NCBI GenBank assembly: GCA_018816335.1
Contig: JAHIVP010000023.1
Location: 1-58,423, forward strand
Direction: 5' to 3'
Length of the DNA: 58,423 bases
From: Nanobdellota archaeon
GTDB lineage: Archaea; Nanobdellota; Nanobdellia; Pacearchaeales; GW2011-AR1
The translations under genes were made by a program, and so were the position numbers. Shown here in pieces: positions 47,298 through 57,300 of this stretch; position 1 is the first letter of the stretch, and each line of letters opens with the position of its first letter. Under the pieces are notes generated by a model. The model searched no databases and had not been told where the DNA came from. It worked only from the letters and a program-made list of their open reading frames with translations.

Positions 47298-47987
47298 ATG
47301 AATACTTATGTTCGTGGGTTGTGTTTTATTATAATTGTAATATTAATAGTTGTTGTTCCTGGTTTGTTTTATTCTGATGAGATTGAGGGAGATATTGTTG
47401 TTAGGGTTTTAGATGGAGATACTGTTGAAGTTAGTGGAGAAGATCATATTAGATTATTAGGAATTAATGCTCCTGAGAGAGGGATGAAGTTGTATCAGGA
47501 AGCTAAGGATTATTTATTGTTTTTGGAGGGGAAGGAAGTTGAGATGGAGTTTTTTGAAGAAGAGTATGATAAGTATGGAAGGAAGTTGAGGTATGTTTTT
47601 TATAATAATAGAAATATTAATCGTGAGTTGGTTTTGAATGGGCTTGCTAATGTTTTGATTTATCAAGAAGATGATTATAGTGATGAGTTGATTGAAGCTG
47701 AAGATTATGCAAGGGATAATGAGTTAGGAATATGGAAGAAGAGTTTTAGTAAGTGTTCAGATTGTGTTAAGATAGTTTTTGCTAATAAAGATATTGAGTT
47801 TAGAAATAATTGTGGGTTTGGTTGTGATTTATCTGGTTGGAGGGTTAAAGATAGACAGAGACATTATTTTGAATTTGGAGATAGGGTTTTAGAAAAGGGA
47901 GATAATTATGTTTTAGATTGGGATTATGATTCTGAGAATATTTTTGTTTGGGATGGGGTGGGGTTGGTTTATTTTTCAGATAAATAA
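47298..47987 (+). CDS. Thermonuclease (SNase) family protein with lamin-tail-like C-terminus
   Basis: VLDGDT, IRLLGINAPE, DKYGR, GIW. Confidence 0.92.
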   Translation: MNTYVRGLCFIIIVILIVVVPGLFYSDEIEGDIVVRVLDGDTVEVSGEDHIRLLGINAPERGMKLYQEAKDYLLFLEGKEVEMEFFEEEYDKYGRKLRYVFYNNRNINRELVLNGLANVLIYQEDDYSDELIEAEDYARDNELGIWKKSFSKCSDCVKIVFANKDIEFRNNCGFGCDLSGWRVKDRQRHYFEFGDRVLEKGDNYVLDWDYDSENIFVWDGVGLVYFSDK

Positions 47988-48284
47988 CTCAATATCAAAC
48001 TTGACAGCTTCTTGTTTGAATTGTTCGCAGAGAGTTGGTTGAGATATGCACCAGTTTTCGCAGATAGCTTTGTTGTCTGGAACAGAACAAAATATCATAC
48101 AGTCTGGGCCTTCACAATGTGGAGACATTGAGATTTGTTCAAAGAGTTCTGAGTTTAGTGAGTCAAGTTGTAGATAGTCTTGTGAGTTGTTGATTATTTT
48201 TTGAGATATTGTTAAGTCTATGAATAATAAGATTATGATTGCTAGGAATATTATTGTGATTGTTATTAAGGTTGTTTTTTTCAT
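47976..48284 (-). CDS. Small membrane-anchored Cys-rich protein
   Basis: N-terminal TM; CEGPDCMIFC..CENWC..C. Confidence 0.6.
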   Translation of the reverse strand: MKKTTLITITIIFLAIIILLFIDLTISQKIINNSQDYLQLDSLNSELFEQISMSPHCEGPDCMIFCSVPDNKAICENWCISQPTLCEQFKQEAVKFDIELFI

Positions 48285-48328
48285 GGGGTTATATAGTGTT
48301 TTAGTTTTATAAACTTATTTGGTTTTTC

Positions 48329-48412
48329 TCCACCTTATAAAATCACCTCGGGGCTTGGTGATTTTATTTGAAGAGATTTGTTAGTTGAAGAAAATTCAAG
48401 ATAGGTTGTAGT
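48329..48412 (-). repeat. Family A repeat
   Basis: ATAAAATCACC-TCGGGGCTT-GGTGATTTTAT...GATAGGTTGT. Confidence 0.75.
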
Positions 48413-48613
48413 TATGGATAGGATAGATTAAAGGGAAAATTATGTTGATAGGTTTGAGATTATTTATAATAAATTTTATTAATGTTTCCGCCACCCTTGA
48501 CAATTTTCCCATTATATATAGTAAATTGAATTGGAAAATTGTTTTTATTAATTCCCAAGATATTATTGAGCTGATAGTTTTAGAAAGGTTAGTAAAATAT
48601 AGTAATACTGAAG

Positions 48614-49426
48614 TTAGATTTTTATTTCACCTTGTTGCCAATCTCTTAGAATCTTTCTAGCTGTTCTATCTGTATCAACTTGGTTGCCTTTTTTTAGATA
48701 GTTAAGTTTTCTACCTAATTTTTCTAAGAAAACTTCTGAGTCTCCTTTTTCTTTAATTTTATAATGGTCTTCTAATTTATCTGGGTATTCTATAATTATA
48801 TTATGAATTACCATTTCAGGGTTTTTTGCTTTTGAGTAATCTCGTGCTGCTATTTTTGTGTGTTTGATTAGTGCATCTTTTTTTGTTCCTGAATATTCAG
48901 AGCTTGGGATAACTCCTGGAGAATCAAATAAGTAAATTTTGTCTGTTAGTTTTAGTTTTTGAATTCCTCTTGTGAATCCTGATGATGAAGATGTTCGTGC
49001 TGATTTTTTGCCTCTTAGTAAATTTATAACTGAGGATTTTCCTGTGTTTGGGAATCCTATTACTCCAACTTCTACTCTTTCTTTTCCTAATCTGGTTGCT
49101 TCAATTTTTAATCTGTCTATTAGTTGTGATTTTCCTTGTTTTGTTTTTGTTGAGAATATTATGAAGGGTTTAGGATATTCTTTTATTTTTGAGACTAAGT
49201 CTGCTTTATTTAAGATGAATATTAGAATTTTGTGTAAGCTTTTTATTTCATTTTCAACTTCTTTGTTTCTTGTTTCTCTTATGAATCTAGCATCTAAAAC
49301 TTCGAGAATAATATCTGATGTTGTGATGATTTTACTTAATAATGCTGGGAATTTTGGTCTTTGTTTTTTTATTCCTAGTTTTGCTGTTCTTGTGTGTCTT
49401 GAACCAAAGTTGTATCTAACTCTCAT
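48614..49426 (-). CDS. Circularly permuted ribosome-biogenesis GTPase (RbgA/YlqF-like)
   Basis: VLDAR, NKAD before GFPNTGKSS, GFT, DSPG. Confidence 0.93.
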   Translation of the reverse strand: MRVRYNFGSRHTRTAKLGIKKQRPKFPALLSKIITTSDIILEVLDARFIRETRNKEVENEIKSLHKILIFILNKADLVSKIKEYPKPFIIFSTKTKQGKSQLIDRLKIEATRLGKERVEVGVIGFPNTGKSSVINLLRGKKSARTSSSSGFTRGIQKLKLTDKIYLFDSPGVIPSSEYSGTKKDALIKHTKIAARDYSKAKNPEMVIHNIIIEYPDKLEDHYKIKEKGDSEVFLEKLGRKLNYLKKGNQVDTDRTARKILRDWQQGEIKI

Positions 49427-49537
49427 GGGGTTGTTAAGATAGTTAGTTTTATAAATGCTTTTTTACTATGAAATTTAACTAAGTTAGCAGGTTTGACTTG
49501 TTCTTAGGAGAATAAATGTACGCAGGAGAAAGTTTTA

Positions 49538-49885
49538 ATGGGAAACAAGATATATGTTGGTAATTTACCTTATAGTGTGACTTTTGATAAGTTGAAAGAA
49601 CTTTTCCAAGAATTTGGAGATATTGAAGAAGCAACTGTAATTACTGACAAGTATTCTGGTAGATCAAAGGGATTTGGCTTTGTTACTTTCAAAGATGATG
49701 CAAGTGTTGAGAAAGCAGTTGCAGATATGAATGGAAAGGAAATCGATGGAAGAGAAATCAAAGTTAATGAAGCTAGACCAAGAGAAGGCGACGACGGCGA
49801 TAGTGCTGTAGCTGGAAAGATTGGTTCTGAAGATGCTGAAGAAGATGCCGATGATGAATCAGATGATATGAAAGCAGCTGCTTAA
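49538..49885 (+). CDS. RRM RNA-binding protein with acidic tail
   Basis: IYVGNL, SKGFGFV, VNEARP. Confidence 0.95.
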   Translation: MGNKIYVGNLPYSVTFDKLKELFQEFGDIEEATVITDKYSGRSKGFGFVTFKDDASVEKAVADMNGKEIDGREIKVNEARPREGDDGDSAVAGKIGSEDAEEDADDESDDMKAAA

Positions 49886-49981
49886 TTGTAGTTGTTTATT
49901 TTATTTTTATTTTTTTTATGTTTTTATTTTTTATTTTTGGTTTAGTAAGTTTTTTAAACTAATATATGTAAGAATAAATAA

Positions 49982-50090
49982 GCCTCTGTGGTCTAACGGC
50001 TATGACTTGGCCCTGTCGTGTAAAAAGGAAACCAAAAACTCTTATTTACACAGAACGGCCACGACCCGGGTTCAACTCCCGGCAGAGGCG
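49982..50090 (+). tRNA. tRNA-Asp(GUC) with 37-nt intron at 37/38 (50019-50055)
   Basis: GCCTCTG/CAGAGGC; TGGCC-CT-GTC-G|intron|C-GGCCA; BHB CTGT/ACAG. Confidence 0.94.
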
Positions 50091-50124
50091 TTTAATTTAT
50101 AAATTACATTATCTTAAAATATAT

Positions 50125-51081
50125 ATGAGGTGGGCATTGATTGTACTTGGTTTTTTATTAGTTGTTTTAGGGGTAGCTGTGTATATATTTATGATAGTGA
50201 TTTCTGACTTTTATGCTGAGCCTGTTCATGGAGGTTCTGGGAATTATTCGTCAGGGGTGGATTTTTGGGATGATTCAATTGTGTTTTCTGGAAATGTGAG
50301 TTTTCCTTATGGAGATTTTCAATTTCATCCAAATATGAGATTTCCTCGAGGAGTTGTTACATTTAAATTTTATCCTGGATGTAATAATGTTAAAGCTACT
50401 AATATGAGAAATGCTATGAGAAACTTAACTATGTTGGTTCCTGGTTTGAATTTTATGGAAGTTTATGAAAATGAGGAGATTGAGATTTCTTGTGATGATG
50501 AGGAGATTGAAATTGATGAGATTTATTTTGTTGCTGGTGAAGGTGGGCCAATAGATATAATTAATACTAGTTTGTTTACTATAATTAAGAAAGGAAAGAT
50601 TTTGTTGTTGTATGAAAGTTCTTGTAATAATAATGTGGATATGCATGAGTTGTTGCATGTTTTTGGTTTTAAGCATTCTAATAATAAAGATAGTATTATG
50701 TATTCGATAAACTCGTGTGAGCAGGTTATGACAGATGATATTGTTGCGAAGTTGAGTAAGCTATATTCTTATCCTTCTGATCCTGATTTGTATTTTTTTA
50801 ATGTTTCTGCAACTAAAAAAGGAAGGTATCTTGATTTTGATATTGGGATAAAAAATCAGGGATTAGGTGAGGCTAGAATTGTTAAACTTTCTGTTTATTC
50901 AAATGATGAACTTGTTGAAATTTTTCCTTATGGTAATTTGAATTATGGGGCTGGTAGAGTTGTTAGAGTTAATAATTTAAGAATTCCAGGAGATACAACA
51001 AAAGTTAAGTTTATTATTAATGAAGATAATTTATTTGAGGAATTAAGTTTAAGTAATAATATGGTTGTTCTTGATTTCTGA
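50125..51081 (+). CDS. Membrane-anchored matrixin-like metalloprotease with CARDB-like domain
   Basis: HELLHVFGFKH..SIMY Met-turn; PDL..IKNQG..NN; start moved downstream of the tRNA. Confidence 0.88.
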   Translation: MRWALIVLGFLLVVLGVAVYIFMIVISDFYAEPVHGGSGNYSSGVDFWDDSIVFSGNVSFPYGDFQFHPNMRFPRGVVTFKFYPGCNNVKATNMRNAMRNLTMLVPGLNFMEVYENEEIEISCDDEEIEIDEIYFVAGEGGPIDIINTSLFTIIKKGKILLLYESSCNNNVDMHELLHVFGFKHSNNKDSIMYSINSCEQVMTDDIVAKLSKLYSYPSDPDLYFFNVSATKKGRYLDFDIGIKNQGLGEARIVKLSVYSNDELVEIFPYGNLNYGAGRVVRVNNLRIPGDTTKVKFIINEDNLFEELSLSNNMVVLDF

Positions 51082-51083
51082 AA

Positions 51084-51857
51084 ATGGAAAAGAAAATTTT
51101 AGAATTAGTTAAGAAAAATAAAAAGTATAGATATTTAGATGATAGTTTGATTAATGATAAGATTAGGAAGAGAATTAAGAATGAGAAGTTGTTGGGCAAG
51201 AGGGAAGTTGAGAGTATTGTTAAGGAGGTCAGGGGAGAGTTACATAGTTCTTATGGAAGTTTTCAGTTGGGAAAGAAGAAGAGAGAGAAGTTGTTGGAGA
51301 AAAAAGATTTTTTATCTATTATGAAGACAAATGTTTCAACAAAAGAAAGATTGAATTATTATGAAGATGTTTATAAAAAGATTTTTTCTATAACTGGAAA
51401 GCCTGCTAAGATTGTTGATTTAGGTTGTGGTTTAAATGTTTTTTCATTTCAGTTTATGAGATTGAAGAAGTTGGAGTATTATGGTTATGATATTGGAGGA
51501 GATGATGTTGAGTTTATTAATAAGTTTATTAAGATGAATTCTAAAATTAGTGGGAAGGCTTTTTTGTGGAATGCTTTGAGTGATGATGTTGATATGCTTC
51601 CTAAGTGTGATGTTGTTTTTATGTTTAAGTTGTTGGATTCTTTAGGAAAAGATTATAAATTCAATGAGTCTCTTATATTGAAAGTTATGAAGAAGACAAA
51701 ATTTATTGTTGCTTCGTTTCCGACTATTAAGTTGTCAAATAGAAAGATGAAGTTTAAAGAGAGGCGGTGGTTGGAGTATATGTTGGAACGTGTTGGTTTG
51801 AAGTTTGAGAAGTTTGAGATTGAAAATGAGATATTTTATGTTGTGAGTAAAAAATAG
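51084..51857 (+). CDS. SAM methyltransferase resembling the FmrO/ArmA/Rmt 16S m7G1405 family
   Basis: STKER, DLGCGLN, DVVFMFKL, VASFPT, FEIENE. Confidence 0.75.
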   Translation: MEKKILELVKKNKKYRYLDDSLINDKIRKRIKNEKLLGKREVESIVKEVRGELHSSYGSFQLGKKKREKLLEKKDFLSIMKTNVSTKERLNYYEDVYKKIFSITGKPAKIVDLGCGLNVFSFQFMRLKKLEYYGYDIGGDDVEFINKFIKMNSKISGKAFLWNALSDDVDMLPKCDVVFMFKLLDSLGKDYKFNESLILKVMKKTKFIVASFPTIKLSNRKMKFKERRWLEYMLERVGLKFEKFEIENEIFYVVSKK

Positions 51858-51891
51858 AAATTTTATTAAAGCAATTTTTCTTAGTAATTAG

Positions 51892-52125
51892 ATGAATAAG
51901 AAGTATTTTTTATGGATTGCATTAATAGTTGTTGTTGCATTAATAATATTAATTAATTTATCAGTTGATAGTGTAGATGAGGATTCAAAATTATCTGGAC
52001 AAGTTTCTGCTGATTTAGAGTTAGATGATGAAACAAGTTATGGTTTGTTTGAGTATGTTCTTTTTGGAGTTGTTGGGTTGGTTGTTTTAGTTTTTATTGG
52101 GATTTATTTTTATGTCATAAATTGA
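51892..52125 (+). CDS. Small two-TM protein
   Basis: Hydrophobic N- and C-termini. Confidence 0.6.
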   Translation: MNKKYFLWIALIVVVALIILINLSVDSVDEDSKLSGQVSADLELDDETSYGLFEYVLFGVVGLVVLVFIGIYFYVIN

Positions 52126-52240
52126 AACCGTATCATTTAGGATGTGGTCTCTTTAAATTTAGTTGTTTCAATTTCTGAGCATCCTAAAAACGAGCGCCTT
52201 TAAACCACACACTAAAGTGTGTGGTGGCGCATCGTTTTTT
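52120..52240. mobile_element. Multi-hairpin element resembling paired IS200/IS605 ends with no ORF
   Basis: ACCGTATC-ATTTAG-GATGTGGT and ACCACACACT-AA-AGTGTGTGGT within AAAAACGAGCGCC/GGCGCATCGTTTTT. Confidence 0.5.
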
Positions 52241-52453
52241 TGATTATAAATTAAAGAGGTAGTTTTTTTGTTTCTTGACTTAATTTTTTTGGGAAGAGTG
52301 GGGGTTGGTGGGTTAGAGTTTGGAGGAGGGGAGGTTGGGGGTTTTGGTTTTGATGGTGATGTTTTTTATTGTCGTTGGAGGTTATCTTGTTTTCACTAAG
52401 GAGGGGTGTTTTATGGAAAGGTTTTTAAGGTTAGGTTTTATTGTTGGATTAAT

Positions 52454-53389
52454 ATGAGATTTCCATTTGGAAGAAGACGAAGAAGAGAAGATTTAGGAGA
52501 TAGAGATAGTGAGGAATCTAAACCTGGAGATGATTTAGTTGGACAGATGCAGAAATTGATGGAGGGGAGTGATGGGTTTTCTGTTATGGATGTTGGGTCT
52601 GATAAGGGGAGAGTTTTGGAAGGGCATTCTGGGGGTGGGGGGGGTGGAGATGATGGTAGTGAAAGACAGCAGCAAGTTATAAGAGATAATAATATAAGAA
52701 ATCGTAGGAGAATTTTAAAGTGGAGTTTATTATGTGGTCTAGGAGCTGGAGCTGGTTATGTGGGGTGGGGGTTGGCTAGTATGGGTGATCCAAATCCAAG
52801 TCCTTTTGTTCAGCCAGTGATAGATGGATTTAGTAAACTTGTAGAAGTTCTTGAGCCTCCTGCTGGGAGAGACAATGTGGATATAAAACGAGAACAAGAA
52901 AGAGTATATGTAAAACAATGTCCAAATTCCTTATTGGTTAATGAGTGTGATGTTCCTTTGGATATGTTTAATAGATATAAGGTACTTGGATCTCGTAATG
53001 ATTTAATTTTAATGGAATCTAGAAAAGGAGATCATGTAGAAGATAGATATTTTGTTATGGAATTAACTGATGGAAAAAAGGTTTATTATGTTTTTAATAA
53101 AAGATATCTTGAAAAATCTGGCCATTTTTCTCCTCCTAGAGGTATGGAAGTTGGATCTGATGGATATAATAGAGATAAAAAAGGATACACCCAATCTAAT
53201 TCATTATACCAAGGACTATCTATTCCAGGAGTAATGGTTGCGACAAGACATGATTTAAAACCTTCGAGAAAAAGAGTAAACTTGGATAGTTATGATAAAT
53301 TAATTTACTTGGATGAATCTGGGTTAAGAATGGATAATTTTATCCATTTTCCAACAGATGATTTTGTAGTTTATGAGGGTGGAGAATAA
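52454..53389 (+). CDS. Single-pass membrane protein, shared N-terminal module
   Basis: FGRRRRREDLG..GGGG, TM, unrelated C-terminus. Confidence 0.7.
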   Translation: MRFPFGRRRRREDLGDRDSEESKPGDDLVGQMQKLMEGSDGFSVMDVGSDKGRVLEGHSGGGGGGDDGSERQQQVIRDNNIRNRRRILKWSLLCGLGAGAGYVGWGLASMGDPNPSPFVQPVIDGFSKLVEVLEPPAGRDNVDIKREQERVYVKQCPNSLLVNECDVPLDMFNRYKVLGSRNDLILMESRKGDHVEDRYFVMELTDGKKVYYVFNKRYLEKSGHFSPPRGMEVGSDGYNRDKKGYTQSNSLYQGLSIPGVMVATRHDLKPSRKRVNLDSYDKLIYLDESGLRMDNFIHFPTDDFVVYEGGE

Positions 53390-53390
53390 A

Positions 53391-54275
53391 ATGTTTGGAA
53401 GAAGACGAAGAAGAGAAGATTTAGGAGAGAGAGATAGTGATGAATCTAAACCAGGAAAGGATTTAGTTGGACAGATGCAGAAATTGATGGAGGGGAGTGA
53501 TGGGTTTTCTGTTATGGATGTTGGGTCTGATAAGGGGAGAGTTTTGGAAGGGCATCCTGGGGGTGGGGGGGGTGATGTTGAAGTTCCTCAAAAAATTGCC
53601 AGAGTTCCTAGATTTTGGACTCCTAAAAGAATACTTTCTTATACTTTGTTTGCAGCTGCTGTTAGTTTGCCTGTTTCTTATTTAACTTGTCAGCCTGTTA
53701 GAAATTTTGTTAGTGATAATCTTCCAAATGTTAATAAGAGTCTAGAGGATTTATATTTAAAAATTGAAAAAGGGTTGCCACGTCCTCTTTGGATGACTGA
53801 GCGTGAAAAGATGGAAGCTGAAGTTAGTAGAAGAATTCCAGATTCAATTGTTGTTAGGGGGTTTGAGCCTCCAAGAGATATGGTTGAAGCTCAAGTTTTG
53901 TCTCATCGGTTTGTATACTTTCCAGATGTACCTTATGAGAAATATCATGTTGATTTTAAATTAGATGGTAAAAATTATTGTTTAATTGTTGGTGAGACAA
54001 ATGGACGTGAAGAGGAAATTCTACCTTCTCCAGATCATTCAAGATTGAGACAAAGAGAGTTAAAAATTAATAACCAATTTCTACGTTCACTTAAGGAGAG
54101 AAAAAGATTTTTAGTTCCTAAAGAATGGACTGGTTTTGATCCAAAATTTGATTATAAATTTCCTAATCATCAAAACAAAATTGATTTAATAACCTCAAAC
54201 TCAAGAGATGGTTCAGTAATCAATGTTACTGTTGAAATTGGGAGACCTATTGTTAGGTTTTATGATGGAGAGTAA
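53391..54275 (+). CDS. Single-pass membrane protein, shared N-terminal module
   Basis: About 180 bp nearly identical to 52466-52646, then divergent. Confidence 0.7.
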   Translation: MFGRRRRREDLGERDSDESKPGKDLVGQMQKLMEGSDGFSVMDVGSDKGRVLEGHPGGGGGDVEVPQKIARVPRFWTPKRILSYTLFAAAVSLPVSYLTCQPVRNFVSDNLPNVNKSLEDLYLKIEKGLPRPLWMTEREKMEAEVSRRIPDSIVVRGFEPPRDMVEAQVLSHRFVYFPDVPYEKYHVDFKLDGKNYCLIVGETNGREEEILPSPDHSRLRQRELKINNQFLRSLKERKRFLVPKEWTGFDPKFDYKFPNHQNKIDLITSNSRDGSVINVTVEIGRPIVRFYDGE

Positions 54276-54324
54276 ATTAGATTTGTTGAGTAAGATTTAT
54301 AACTGATTCTTTATTAAATTAAAC

Positions 54325-57300
54325 ATGAAACTACATAAAAAGAGGATAGCTGTAGCTTTGATGTTATTGGTTGTATCTGTTATATTGTTAAGTTTGGCTG
54401 TTTCTGAGTTTAGTTCTGATAGTGTTGTTTTAAATGATTGGTTAATGTTTGGACGAACATTGAATGGAACAAGTTATACTTCTGCGACTGCTCCGATTAA
54501 TATTTCAAATGGAAATGTTGTGACTTATACAACTTTAGGTGATGTAAATTGGAATCCTTTGATTTATGGTGATTTTTTATATGTTTCTGATAATATTGCT
54601 AATGGGAGTGTTTATCAATTGAATTCTTCAAATGTTTCTCATTATTTAGATAATTATACTGTGGGTAATGAACAAGAAATAAGTGTTCAAGGAGCTGTTG
54701 CAAATAATTCTTTATATTTTAGTTCTTCAAGTACTGAAAAGGGGGTATATCTTTATCAAGTAAACTCTTCAAATGTTAGTCAAATATTTTATAATAGAAG
54801 TATTGGTGGGGCTGTTGATGCAACTTCAGGATATATTATTGTTTGGAATGATAAAACATATCTTTCTGTTTCAGATATAACAGGAGGTTATTCAACTATA
54901 TATCAGTATAATGCTACAAACATAACACATCAATATGATAGTATGAATTTAGGGGGTGATGGAGCTGCTGTTCCTATTGGTTTTTCAAATCCAATTATAT
55001 CAAATGGATTTTTATATATTGGAAATGGATCTTATGTTAGTCAGTTAAACGCTACTAATGTATCTCATTATTTTGATGTTTATTTAACTGGAGGGAATGT
55101 TCTTGAATTATCTTATTCAGATTCAATGATTTATGCTGCAGCTGCTAATGGTATTTTATATCAATTAAATGCTACAAATGTTTCTCACTACTTTGATAAT
55201 TATACAACTGGAGCTAGGATTGATTCTAAGCCATCAATTAGAGGAGATGTTGTGTTTTTTGGAAGTGATGATAATGCTGTTTATCAGTTGAATGCTTCTA
55301 ATGTTTCACATTATTTTGATAATTATACAACTGGGGGAGATGTTGATAGTAGTCCTGCTGTTACTGATAATTATGTTTTTGTTGGTAGTGATGATAATTC
55401 TATGTATCAACTTAACTCTACAAATATTTCTTTTTTAATTGGAAGTTATGCGACTGGTGGGGATGTTGATAGTTCTGCTACTGTTTCAAATGGTTATGTG
55501 TTTTTTGGAAGTGATGATGATAAGGTTTATCAGATTAGTGGTGGTTCTACTAGAGTTCCGCTAAGTTCTGATTCTCAAAATGAAGGAGACTGGTTGATGT
55601 TTGGGAGAACTTTAAATGGAACAAGTTATACAAATGCTAGTGGTCCTGTTAATATTTCAAATGGGGTTGTTGTGAATTTCTCTGCTGGGGGAGATGTAGA
55701 TTCTTCTTTAGCTGTTTCAAGTGGTTTTGTATATGTTGGTAGTGATGATTATCAGTTTTACCAGTTGAATGCTTCTAATGTTTCTCAATTAATTCTGAAT
55801 TTTTCTACTGAGGGGACTGTTGATTCTTCTCCTGCTGTTGCAAATGAATATGTTTATATGTGGGCTACAGAACTGTCTAATTATTATATCTATCAATTAA
55901 ACTCAACTAATGTTAGTCATAAAATTACTAATGTTAGCCGTATTGGATCTTTTAGCCTTGCAGATATTTTAGTTTGGGAGAATTCTTTATATTCTTCTGA
56001 ATATGAAGACACCCCAATTCATAGAATAAGACAATTAAATGCTTCAAATATTAGTCAGGTGATTGCTTCAATTAATTTTGATGACTTTGGAGCAAGTGGA
56101 AGTGTAAGTATATCTTCTCCTTCAATTTGGAATAATTTCATTTATGTTATTAACACAACTATTCTTTTACAATTAAATGCTTCAAATATTAGTCAAGAAA
56201 ACATAGCATCATTTGATTTTGGTTCAGGGAATCAAGTATTTTCTTCATCTGTAGTATCAAATGGTTATATCTATATTGGAAATACTGATAATAAATTGTA
56301 TCAACTTAATGCTTCAAATATTAGTCAATTGATTTCAACTTATACAACAGGAGGGAATGTAGATAGTAGTGCTGCGATTAAAGGAGATGTTTTATATATT
56401 GGGTCAGATGACAATGCAATTTATCAATTGAATGCTTCTAATGTTTCTCACTACTTTGATAATTATACAACTGGTGGAGATGTAGATTCAAGTCCTGCTG
56501 TGACTGATAATTATGTTTTTGTTGGTAGTGATGACAATAATATGTATCAATTAAATGTAACAAATATTTCTTTTTTGATTGGGAGTTATACAACTGGTGG
56601 AGATGTAGATTCAAGTCCTGTTGTTGTTGGGGGTTATGTTTATTTTGGGAGTGATGATGATCAGGTTTATCAAATTGGGGGTGGGACTGCAGAGGGAGAT
56701 ACAACTTCTCCGATGGCAAATCATTCATTACCTGGAAATTTTACTAATGTTAGTTCAAGGACTGTTGAGTTTTTTATTAATTCTTCTGATGATATTAATT
56801 TGAAGAATATTACATTGTTTATCTGGAATTCTTCAGGAAGTTTGATACATAGAAATTCAACTAATATAACTGGTACTTGGAATATAACTAATTGGAATTA
56901 TACATTTGCTTATGATGATTTATATAACTGGACTGGGTTGGTTTATGATAATTCTGATAATTATAATATTACTGATGAGAGGGATGGTTTAGGTGTTTGG
57001 AATTGGACAATTAATGTTACTTTTGTTGACACAACTCCACCTGTAATCAACTTATCAACACCTGCTAATCCTACTTCGACAACTACGACTTCAACTAATT
57101 TTATATTTAATGTGACTGATGATTCTAATGTTGTTAATTGTAGTTTGTTGATTGATCATGCTATTGTTGCTTATAATGCGTCTGCTATAACTAAGTCTGA
57201 GTTAAATACTATCACTAGAACAATGGCTGTTGGAAGTTATACTTGGAATATTAATTGTACTGATGCTTCTAATAATATTGGGAATTCAACTAATTATTCT

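Noticed and set aside
50002-50124. N-terminal extension of the metalloprotease
   Set aside because: Overlaps tRNA-Asp; the signal anchor begins at ATG 50125
55140-56680. DGR template/variable repeat pair in the surface protein
   Set aside because: Differences between repeats are mostly third-position and not adenine-specific; no reverse transcriptase in the window
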